Source: Octopus sinensis (Eukaryota). Taken from it: a DNA stretch of 64,000 nt. Positions 38,201 through 50,200 of the stretch are shown piece by piece. The notes beneath the pieces are model-generated. The model did no database searches, had not been told where the DNA came from, and was given only the letters and a program-made list of their open reading frames with translations. A program made the translations under genes and the position numbers. Location of the stretch: assembly GCF_006345805.1 (NCBI RefSeq), contig NW_021832595.1, positions 45,010 to 109,009 on the forward strand, given 5' to 3'. Positions within the stretch are counted from its first letter, which is position 1; each line of letters begins with the position of its first letter.

Positions 38201-41200
38201 AATATAGCCAAGGGAAATAACCCATTCATGTTCATAAGTTATTTGGTATAAATCAAATTGAGTATGCTTATTTCTTAGTATTTGAACTATTTGAGTTATT
38301 TTCACAATTTATCCAGTACAATGCTTAAACAAGTAAATAGTATTTACCTAAACAATAGATCCACCTATTTCGGTTAGTGACTTATTCATGAATTTAACAA
38401 CACTAGCGCCACTGAGGGTAATATTCTCTGTGAATGCACAAAAGCTTTTTTCAGAGTTATTCACTTTGAAGTGTTATTATCTCATATCTGATTAGCCTGT
38501 TATTACATAACATGCTTCACAATTTTAGTATACATAACTTATTAGTATTTCCTAATAAGTTCTATAAACTCTGGGAACATATTAACCCCTTACCCAACAA
38601 TTATTTTGAAAATGAATGTATTTTTTCAGACATATTTTTTAATTGTTTTATTTTACTATGTTTTGAATGGTGATTTCGAGGTATATTTCAAACCTTATTT
38701 ATTATGAATTTTAATTCAATAATATTGATTTTAAATTACCGCTTTGGGCAGAAACGAGTTAACCTGTTTTTTTCATAAATCATATTACTTTTACAAAAAA
38801 TCATGTTATTTTATTTGGTTATCTTATTTTCCAAATTTAGAATGAATGATCAAAACATGATTGTTTACTTCTGTTGATTTTATTACTTCAAAACTTAGTA
38901 ATGACAAAAAAGAGAGACAAAATAATGAATTATCATCATCAGAGCTCGACATGGTGGGGTTATAATATAAAGGTATAAAAAAAAACAACGTAAAAACAAA
39001 GTGAATACTTCTATTCATAAAATGTGCCTTCCAACCCTTCAACTGTCTCCAGGTGACTAAATCATACTCGGTCTTCAATGCCTTACTCAAGCGAAAGGTG
39101 GCAGAAATCGTCACTGCCAGAGGTATAAAGTGAGTGAATATACTCGTATTTGTCAAAAAAGAGTTTATAATAGACAAAGGAACTCGTTTGCTGTCGATTT
39201 TGGCGAGTCTATCTTTTGACGAGTTAACTTGCCAGAGATAGAAAAAAACGATTTCGGTCAAAACGCATATATTCGTTTCTGCCGGGTAAGGGGTTAAAGC
39301 CCTTTTCGGAGCTACTTTATTTGAATTCTTACTATTGGGTAATTAATTTCATGTTATTATATAACTGACTTCACAATTTGGGTATTCATAACTTATTAGG
39401 AATTCTTAAAAACAAGATCCTGTGTAAATACACAAAAACCGTTTTAAGGGCCACATACTTTGTATTGTTGTTACTGGATTAGTGAAACAATTATGAGAAT
39501 GAAACCAAGGAATAAGCCCTGCTTTCCTGGGAATTACTGGGTACATCAGATAGTAATTAATTGCCAGAAGGTCTATTAAAAATAATAACGATAGAAGCAG
39601 TATTAATACCAAAATATAATATTTATGCCTTTCCACTGTAACAAAAAAATGAAGGAAATTTCTGTCCACTGTAGAATTGTTTGAGAACCTTTTTCTCTTT
39701 GAATCTTTTCTCTTTTCTTTGTTATGAAGGACCACGGTCTGAATTGTCAGGTTTCCTCTCATTCTTCCTTACAATGTAAAAATAATTACCTTGTACTCCT
39801 GTTTGTTCCTGAAATAGCTTTGGACAAACAGGATGTAACAAAAACGCCTCAAATTCAACATTCTTGATAGACATTTTGACTGCAAACACAAGGTTCAACG
39901 GTTCTAACCATGATGGTAACTGGATAGAAAAAAAAACAGTAGAACTTCAGCTACATGAAGACACCATTACCACATGTTTAACTTCACTAACACCATGTTG
40001 GTGGCCATGTAAAGCATGGGAGGTTTTTCTGCTCTATTCACTGTATTACCATATTGACACAGGTCTCATGTCTCCCAAAAGGCAGGAAGGCCATGGATAG
40101 AATATCTTTGATCTGAGTGACAAAGTAATTTTCCTCATTTCCTTATTACAGAGTAGAAATAAATCATTAAATATTTCAAATATTTTGTTTTTATTAAATT
40201 AAATCTCTTCTCTTTGCAAAAATGGGAAAATAAAAATATAAATTGATTCTTTTTTGTTTTAACAGGAATTTGATGAATATCTCCGAAACAGAGGTAAAAC
40301 ATTTGTTTGTTAATATTGAATATTACGGTGTCTTGTCATGTCATTCTATGTTAAACATTACTGATAATTACTATTTTGGTTTTATTTCTGCAAGGAATTA
40401 TGTTGATAGCAAGTTACTACCTGCAGCCTCAGGTAGCCACAAGTTTTTAGCAGTCTTTCAAGTGCTTACAACCCTCCTGATAATCCTTGCTGTACCTAAA
40501 AGACAAACTTTCTGTAGAAGCTCTTCCGGGTATTCTATTTCAATATCCTTCAGCCATTTGTCTATATTTTGGCTTCCTGTTCCCAACACACCAATTATTA
40601 TAGGCACCACCTTTACTGTTTGCATGCTCCAAATTCTTCCTATTTCAAATTTTAAGGGATTGTATTTACTTTGTTTTTCTTCTTCTTTACGATCCTGGAA
40701 TCAAACAGACATGATGGGTCGATAAGTAAGCAGCTTCTCTTTTCCTTATCTATGACTGTAATATCTAGTCTATTGTTTTCTAACTTTTTCTCCATTTGAA
40801 TAGGAAAGTCCCATAAAATCTTACATTTCTCCAACTCCAATTCTCTTTTGACTCAATGATTGTGCTTTGTGTTTCCAGCTTCAAATCCCCATTTCTGGCA
40901 CAGTTTCCAGTGTAAAACTTTTACAACCTGGTCGTGCCTCCGTTTCTTATATTCTTCCTGTGCCAACTTGGGGCATTCTTCCACGATGTGTGCCATTGAC
41001 TCATTCTAAGTTCCACAGGCTCTACATTTTTCTGACACATTCTCTCCATATATATTTTTACTCAAGTTGTTTGTTTTTATCGCTTGATCTTGGACTGTTA
41101 CAATTAGGCTCTCTGTTTCTTTTTTTAATTGGCCCCTTTTTAACCAAGCCCAGGATTTTGTTCCACAATATGTCTTTAGTGACTCTCCAGAATTGGCCAT

Positions 41201-44200
41201 GCAGACGTTCCTCTTCAATCTGTCTGACATGATATCTTTGCATTTCATCCTTGTCCTTCTATCCTATTACATGCTTGATCCTCTTTTTTTTTATTCATTT
41301 CACAGAAAGTTCTTTCAGAAATAAGACTAAACTTTGTTTCTTGCACAGAAGATTGCTTGCTTCCAGTTTTGCACTCCCAAGCAACAGCATTCTGGGAACT
41401 ACAGTACCATTTGGATTAGGATTTGCTAATAGGTTCAGATATCTATAATACAAGACATTAAGAGGGTTAAAGTATGTAAACTGAATAAAAATATTAGATT
41501 TAGAATTGAACCAAGCCTCATAAAATCTAACCAAAAAATATAAACTTGATATTGATTCTAATTGGTTGTAATTCTTATTAAAAGACTATCTTGAACATTA
41601 TAATTTCTAATTGAAGAGAAGAGCTTTGGACTTTGTGATGAAGAAATTATTCTAAAATACCATCTTGCAATAAACTAAAATAACGTCTTTTGAGAGGGGA
41701 GTTAACTCTTCAATGTCTTATGAGAGGGGAGTTAACTCATCAATGTAGTCTTCCATGACCATCTCATGTGTGATGATACAACATAAGTTACATCCAATTA
41801 TTACTTTAGGAAAAAGAACCATAAATGTAATCTGATTGTAAATATTAAATTAATTAATAGTTATTATCATACTTAATGAGCTGATTCATTACCTCATTAA
41901 TTGAAAGTTTATAGCTAGGCTCCTACTGAGTTTTGAACCATCACACTCAGGTTCTTCAGCATGGAACCATATTGTCAGCAAAGGAAAACCAGTTATGGAA
42001 AATAAATCATGCCACTATGAAAGGCGCTAACACCTCTGTGAACATGGCTTGGCCAATCAGATCAGCTGATGTACAACCAAGGGCAATGGAATTTTCCCAC
42101 CAAATAGTCTGGTCAAACGTTTTTTGGAAAACCCTGCTGGGCATTATAAAAATTCTTATTTTGCATTTCTAGACAGAATGAGCTCTGATACTTCACAGAT
42201 GTTCTCACTTTTCTTTTTCTGCTTAGAACAACCTACGGTGCTTCTCAAAGCTGTGTCAGTCAGTTTTGTGAGAAGACATTTTCATTGTTTCTATTAATTT
42301 TTTTCTCAGTAATTATGAACTGTCTTTGTATTACTATTCAGCATATTATACAGTGAAAACTTGTACTTATTTCCATTCAGTATCACTTGACTATTACTTT
42401 AGCAAGCAGAAGAATATGTGGAAATATGTGGGTATGACAAAAGGTCCTTTCAGAACCATATTTAACAATCCTAAAAATTTCCATTAATGTCCAGGAGAGA
42501 CATAATGCCACAACCCTGGCTAGACACATATGGTTATTGAAGAAAAATGCCATGGATTATAACATCAAGTAGAGAGTGATAGGGAGGTGCAACCGTTACT
42601 TCAATAGTAGCAGACGGGGAAGGTTAAACCTTGCTTAGAAAAGAACAATATTCAAGAACTCTCTTCATTCAGACACTTAACTAAAGCCTAAACTGCAAGG
42701 GTGAGTTTTACTTCCCTGGGCATGGATACATTGTAACTCCAACGTCTGGCAGCTGACCTGGCAGACACCCATAAAATTATTAACCATATTACAAACAATA
42801 ACTCTGAGCACCTTTTCAAACTTCATCTGTCTAACACCCGTGGACATGTTTACAAAGTCAGAAAACAGCACAATTCCCATGACTTTCGGAAACATTTTTT
42901 CACGCTAAGAGTTGCTGAAGCATGGAACAAACTGCCGGTATCAGTTGTTAGTTGTCGGAGCACTGTATCCTTCAAAACTTCCATGCTTCCTGAGATTCGC
43001 CAATACTACACCTGATTTTCTCCCCTCCATACACACGCAAGCATGTATCTGATTCATACACTGTTCGCTTCCCAGACATTTGTACATTACTGCATATACT
43101 TTATATGCACTTTTGACAAGTTGTGGTGCACCTGAGCACTGTATACAATAATTTCATTATTATTATTATTATATGCCTGCATGAAAAATAGTATGTGATC
43201 AGTTATCTACAAACTCTACCATAACATTACGATTTCCACCAGCAGTCTTTCCAACACCACAACCTAAGAGTCCAATACTGACTACACCGAACCATATGCA
43301 CATAAACACATAGATATGCATCCGCATGAGTTTAAAGGTTTGGGTGCCTTCCCATGTCCTCTTTCAAAGTCCCTGCTTCCTGCACCAACTCCATACTGCC
43401 CACACTCAAACTCCACTTTACTGGCAGTTATTTCTCACTCAGGGATTTGGGGCCAGGGACATAACCTTTGATGGAGTCCCTTCACTAGCTGTCTCCTACA
43501 GCAACCACAACCAGATGTGTTACTTAAGATATTGTAAACTTTATGATTAACGTAACTTCTCTGTTGACAAATGTACAAGTGCCTGGTATTTCTCTTATGG
43601 AGTCTTAGACAATTTATATGCCTTGCTCATCATTTAATGTCCATCTTCCATTTTGGCTTGGGTTAAGCAGTTTGACAGGATCTGGTGAGATGCATTAGGC
43701 ATGATTTCCATGGCTGGCTGCCCTTCTTAATACCAAGCACTTCACAGTGTGGACCGGAAGCTGCTTTTTCCATGACCCCAGTGCTAGTAAGGTCACCAAG
43801 TAACTTGTAATAGAAAGTGAAAAATGGAAAGAGCCCTGTAAAAGTGGGTGGGAGTGAATTTGGGAGACGGGTAGGTGGCTTTATATCCGGGGTAGGAGAG
43901 GTTTGATAGAGGGTCAAGTAGGGGTGTCTTGATATGGGGGAAATTCACGACTTGCTTATATTTTTTACAAAAGTGAATGAAAGTAGCTGGAAGGGAGAAA
44001 GATGGTGGTCATAGGGTGCAAGTGCATACTCTCAGTTTGCAAGGATGTGTGTATGGGGAGAGAATATAGAATGTGGATGAGGAAGGTAAGAAAGAGAGGG
44101 TAATTTCATAAGAATATGGGATGAGAGGCGTGGCAGATGGTTAGTGATGGGGCTAGAGGTGGATGTAGTGAGTGAGGAACAATGGTTTGGGGTGGAGTTG

Positions 44201-47200
44201 ATGGCAAATATCTGTATGGAGTGGGGCAAGTGAGAGTTAGATGAGGTTTGGGTAGGAGGGAGTGACAAGTAGCAACGTAGGAGTAGCAGAGGAGAGCAGC
44301 AGAATCATAAATTCATAGACAAGGAAGTGCAGAGATGATGCACAGGATGTGACAGTGGAAGGGATGGGTTGATGATGATGATCAACTGGGACAGAGATGG
44401 GAGTTAGAGATACATGAGGATGGCTATAGTGAGTGGGGAGACAAAATTGGAGGGAGTATTGATAACGGATGTGAGAGGGCGTTGGGAATAAATGCATATA
44501 GGAGAAGTGTTAAACATCAAGAATGGCAAACTAAGATGTAGCTAAGAGTGGGAAGGGAAAGATTAGGGAAGGGGCAAAAAGGGATGATCGATGGAAGGTT
44601 GTACGAACGGAGATGATGATGATGATGAAAGAGAGGCAACTGGTATTAATGAAAAGGGGTGAGAAGTGTTGTGCAGATTCTGCTCTCAAATGCTTACAGC
44701 AACAAAGTAGGGCCATAGTTAGAAGTGTAATGGAGGGATGGGTGTTAGGAAAATGAGATGTGGTGAAGGGTATGGTTGACATGGGCAAATGTCAGTGTAG
44801 GGCCCAACATGGACAGGAATAAGCACAATGCATTTAGGACCTCACTTTTGCTATGATGGATGTGTCTTTATATGTCATTTTGTTCAACTTGCATCAGTAG
44901 GTGTGTGGCCAGGTGGAAAACTGCACCAGACTTCTGTACATGCCAAAACAGACATAGAGGTCTGGTGCCATCTTCTACCTGGCAAGTTCCTGTCAAATGA
45001 TCCAACCCATGCCAGCATGGAAGGTAGATGTTGAACGATGATGATGGTCATAATGATGACACACTGATATTTGTTTATTTCCAGAAACTAAATTATCAAG
45101 CCCATCCTTTCCTGGTCCACAACAGAAAACAGTCTCTATCATACCCAGACCTTATATGACATCCGGAGAAAATGCTGGCATTAAAATAAACTTAATGATT
45201 GGTTCAATTTCTAATGTATCTGTGAGTAAATAGATTCACGTAACATATTTATATTTAATTGTTATTTCATTTCCAAATGAGGAATCATTACAGTTAATTA
45301 AAACATTTTCTCAATCTAACTCAAACATTTCATTTCCTTCACATCTGATATCTTGAGTATATCTTTTGCTAACTTTAACAACCTCAAACTTGCTACAGCC
45401 ATTCTGTAGAGCGTTTCTTAACAACAATATCAACTGCAACAATGTATCTCTCTTCTCTCCATGAAATGTTCCTTAGTTGTTTACCATTAATTACTTTTGT
45501 AGGTTGATGTCATCGTTAACAGCACCAATGAACACCTCCAGCTTGACAGTGGTTCTATCTCCAAATTTATTCTCAATGCTGCTGGTCCACAGATACAAGC
45601 TGAATGTAACCGGAAATATCCTCAAGGTATTTCTACATCTAAAATAGCCATCACTGAAGGATATAACCTCAACTGTGAGAATGTAATTCATCTGGCATTA
45701 CCTCCCTGGGATGAAAATTCATCTGATTCAGTAAGTATCAATCATATTATATTGATTTATTGAAAGAGTTGTTGTACAACCCTAGGTTATCATTGATCCA
45801 GCATCTCTGTGGCATGAACGGAATTGTCCATAAAACTATGCACAATCCACAGATGTGTTTTTCCAGTCATACAACACTTCCGTCTGCTTCAAGACAGAAG
45901 CATGTACTTTGATGTCCAGTGATGTACAGTTTGGGCTACAGTGTGACAGTCTGGTGTTGTGGTATTCTGTACAATTTCCAAAGCATGGATTCTGGTTGTT
46001 TGAAATTGATGTAGACTCTATTGTAGATATTCCCTGAACATTTCGACTCAACCATAGTCTCTTGTGTGCAGTGTAGAGTCTTTTGTGCCTGTGGCGCCCT
46101 GCCTTGTGGGTGGTTTTGTTGCTTCTTGCAGTATGTTCTCACCCAGATTTCCCTCTTGTAAATAATAATTAATCTCTCCTCTTCCCTATTATTTTTTTGT
46201 TAATTACAAAATTCCACCTGAATTACACTGTGCAACCACCAAATCTTGGAACATTTCTCTTTCCATTCACGGCATCCATATCTTCACTCAGACCAGACTT
46301 CCTGCTATCACATGATCTGTGTTGATCCTTCTGTCACATGATCCATGTTAATCCAATGACCACATGATCTGTTAATCCAATAATCACTAGAAGTTGTTTA
46401 ATGTTATTTGAATCTGTAAAACATTTCTGTTTGAAACAACAAATTCCATGTGCAATGTGTTGATCAAAGAATATATTCATCACTTACATTATTTACATTT
46501 GATGGATATTTGTCCTCATCTTGTTTGTTGTTAACACAACGTTTCGGCTGATATACCCTCCGGCCTTCATCAGGTGTCTTGGGGAAATTTTGAACCTGCG
46601 TTCTTATTCCTAAGGTATTTTTCAATGTTAATATTATTATTATTATTATTATTATATTATTATTATTATTATTATTATTGTTCAGGTCACTGCTTGGAAT
46701 CAAACTCGGAATCTTAGGGTTAGTAGTCCATGGGCATATGGCATAGTGGTTAAGAGTGCAGGCTATTAACACCAAAATTCTCAGTTCGATTCCAAGCAGT
46801 GACCTGAACAACAACAACAACGATGACAACACCACTACCACCACCAACAACAACAATAATAATTATAATAGTAATAATAACAACAACATCGAAAAATACT
46901 TTAGGAATGAGAACCCAGGTTTGAAATTTCCCCAAGAAACCTAATGAAAGCTGGAGGGTATATCAGCCGAAACGTTGTTAACAACAAACAAAATGAGGAC
47001 AAATATCTGTCAAATGTTAATAATGTACATAATTCCTCCTCTCTTAAATATAGAACTGAAAGAATATTTTCATTACAACTTAATGATTTCTTCCTGTAAT
47101 AAGAAAATAATTTAATAAAATGTGAATTATCAATTACTAAACAATTATTTTTTCAGATATTGCGAAACTTGACTAGCATGGTAGACACTTGTCTAGGAAC

Positions 47201-50200
47201 TGCTTCATGTCTTAGTGCAAAAAGCCTTGCATTTCCTATATTAGGAGCTGGAGTATTGAAATATCCCATTGAAAAACTACCTGGAACTATGTATGAAGCA
47301 GTCAAAGAGTCACCTCGAAAATACGATATCAAAGATGTTTACTTTGTTGTTTTCCCTAAAGACACAGAAATAGTAAAGGTTGGTTGACGTATTTGTTGTG
47401 CATTGTATCATGTTCCTCCTCCTCCTCATCATCATCATCATCACCATCATCATCATCATTATCACCATCACCACCACCACCACCACCATCGTCATCATCA
47501 TTTACTGGGGAGCTGCACCAGATTCCAATCTGATTTGGCATGGTTTCTATGGCTGGATTCCCTTCCTAACACCAACCACTCCAAGTGTGTAGTAGTGCTT
47601 TTTACGTGCCATTGGCATGGGTGCTAGCTACACAATACTGGCATCAACCACATCTATGAGCCCACTTGGTTTGACAGGTCTTCTTAAGCATGCTATATTA
47701 CCAAAGCTCTCAGTCACTTGTCACTGTCTCTGTGAGGCCTAACTATGATTTCACTTGGCTTGATGAGGCATTTCAAACACAGCATATCGCCAAAGGTCTT
47801 GGTTACCTCTGTGAGGCTCAATGTTCTATGGTCATACTTCACCACCTCATCCCATGTCTTCCTGGGTCTGTCTCTTTCACAGGTTCCCTCCACTATTAGA
47901 GTGTGTGGCACTTCTTCACACAGCTGTCCTTGTCCATGTGTATCCCATGACCATACCAGCACAGTCGTATCTCTTGCACACCACATCTGATGCTTCTTAT
48001 GGTTAAGTTTTTTTCTCAAGATGTTTACACTCTGCCATGTATGCACACTGACATTGCACATCTAGCAAAGCATACTGGCTTCATTTCTCTCAAGCCTACA
48101 CATGTCCTTGGCTGTTATAGCCCATGTAGCATGGCTGTTCACACACAGGCTTCATAAATCTGCCTTTCACTGAGAGAGGCCCTTTGTTGCTTGCAGGGGT
48201 AAGGGCTCTCTGAACTTAGCCCAGCCTATTCGTATTCTCACGGCTATGCTCTCAGAGCTTCCACTCCCACTACCGACCTGGTCACCTAAGTAATGGATGT
48301 TATCAGCTACTTCTAGTTTACCCCGCTGGAATTTAACTCTACCTGTGATTCTGCCAGACACAAAAAACTGATTTTCCTGTTAAACTTCCTCTGATATTGA
48401 TGCACCTCTTATGTGCCCCACAACGTGCATTGGGTACATTTTATGGAGTTTTTACCTACACCGTTTCTATAGATTGAGCAGAACCTGAAGGGGTTTGTGA
48501 TTTGTCTGCTCTTCTACATGCTAAGACTTGGGTTCTTGCTAAAATCCTCTAAGGCCTTTGATTCAAGACTTTGCTCCCACACTTAAAATTTCTTCTCTAG
48601 TTCAGGTAGTGATTCAGCTATATGAAGAATGTCATCGGTATAGAGAAACTCCCAGGGGCAGCCCATTTTAAATTCCTCTGTTATTGCCTGGAGGTCTATG
48701 ATGAACAAGAGGGAGCTGAGGACTGATCATTAGTGAACTCCTACTTTTACCCTGAATTCTTGGCTATACTTGTTTCTAACCTTCACCTTACCTATAGCAT
48801 CCATGTACATGTCTTGTACAGCACTCACCAACCACTCATCTATCTTTAGCTTCTGCATTGACCACCAGATAAGGGAGTGGGGGACCCTGTCAAAGGCTTT
48901 CTCCATGTCAACAAAAGCCAGATACAGGGGTTTATCTTTGGCTTTCTATTTCTCCTAAATTGCCTAACTATGAATATAGCATCAGTTGTGCTCTTGCCTG
49001 ACACAAATCCAAACTGTATCTCATCAGATTGTGTCGTATAGCCAGCTGGAGACAATATCTCCTGGGACTAAATTACAGTAACATTAGTCCTAAACCAGGA
49101 CTGACTACGAAATCCATACTTGTTGCAAAGTGTCCAATGGACAAGCCTGGCTATATTGTCATGGTGTCTCATATATTTCTTCTGGGCTAGTGGTGTACAT
49201 TGGCTAGTAATATGCCATATGGTTTCACCGTTTTGTCCACAGATTCTGCACTTATCACTTTTTGCTGTGTTGTCTATTCTGTATTTTATGTAGTTTGTTC
49301 TTAGTGCTTGCTCTTGGGCAGCACAGATTAGTGTCTCTGTTTTTGGTTTTAAATCACTTTTAGTCATCCACAGCCATCATTTTTCTCTGTCTGTCTTATC
49401 TTCAACATCCCTATGAAATTGACCATGCATTTTACTTTTTAACCCACCTATTTTCAGTTTCATTCATTTTCAATTTTTTGTATAGTGCTTTATCTTTGCA
49501 ATCTTTCATCCTACACAAGCCTGACCTTCTTACTTCTAATAATAGCAGTTCCATAGCATTGTTTACATACCATGCTATGTTGTTTTCTTCTGCTCTAATG
49601 CTGTGCTCGCATCCAATAAGTCCTCTTCCCCCTCTTTTTCTTGCTACATACAGTCTGTCTGTGTCACTTTTTTGCATGGAGTGCCCCATATCTAGTTAGC
49701 AACTTCCTTGTCTCTCTGTCTAAGCTGTTTAGTTCGTCTACTGTCCATGCGATTACTCCTGCTCCATATCTAAGGAGTGAAACTGCCCAGGTGTTGATAG
49801 CTGCAATCTTATTCTGTCCATTTAATTTCGACTTAAGGATCAGACTCAGTCTGTGCAAGTACTCCTCCCTAAATTTTTCTGTCATTTCTTTTTCCATCAA
49901 TTTATCCATTTCCAAAATACCCAAGAACTTATAGCCCGTCTCTTCTATCTGCTTCATAACATCCCCTGATGGTATCGATAGCTCGTCCATACATTTGATT
50001 TTGCCTCACCTCAAGACTAACACACCACACTTTCTCAATCTGAACTCCATTCTGATATCAGCACTGAAATATACACCCTATCAACAAGGGAACTGACTTA
50101 GGCTTCATCTTTACCATAAAATTTGAGGTCATCCATGAATAACAAATGGTCGACATTTTGTTGGCGGCTTTTGGATACATACCCAGCCTTTGCTTTCCTA

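Noticed and set aside
46732-46800. Functional tRNA gene
   Set aside because: A/B boxes are present but the acceptor stem does not close and it runs into repeat body; it is a SINE head.
47310-47627. Poly-His/poly-Asp/poly-Met ORFs (also 56341-56577, 11230-11515, 46464-46944)
   Set aside because: Translations of (CAT/GAT/AAT/AAC)n microsatellite tails of SINEs/LINEs.
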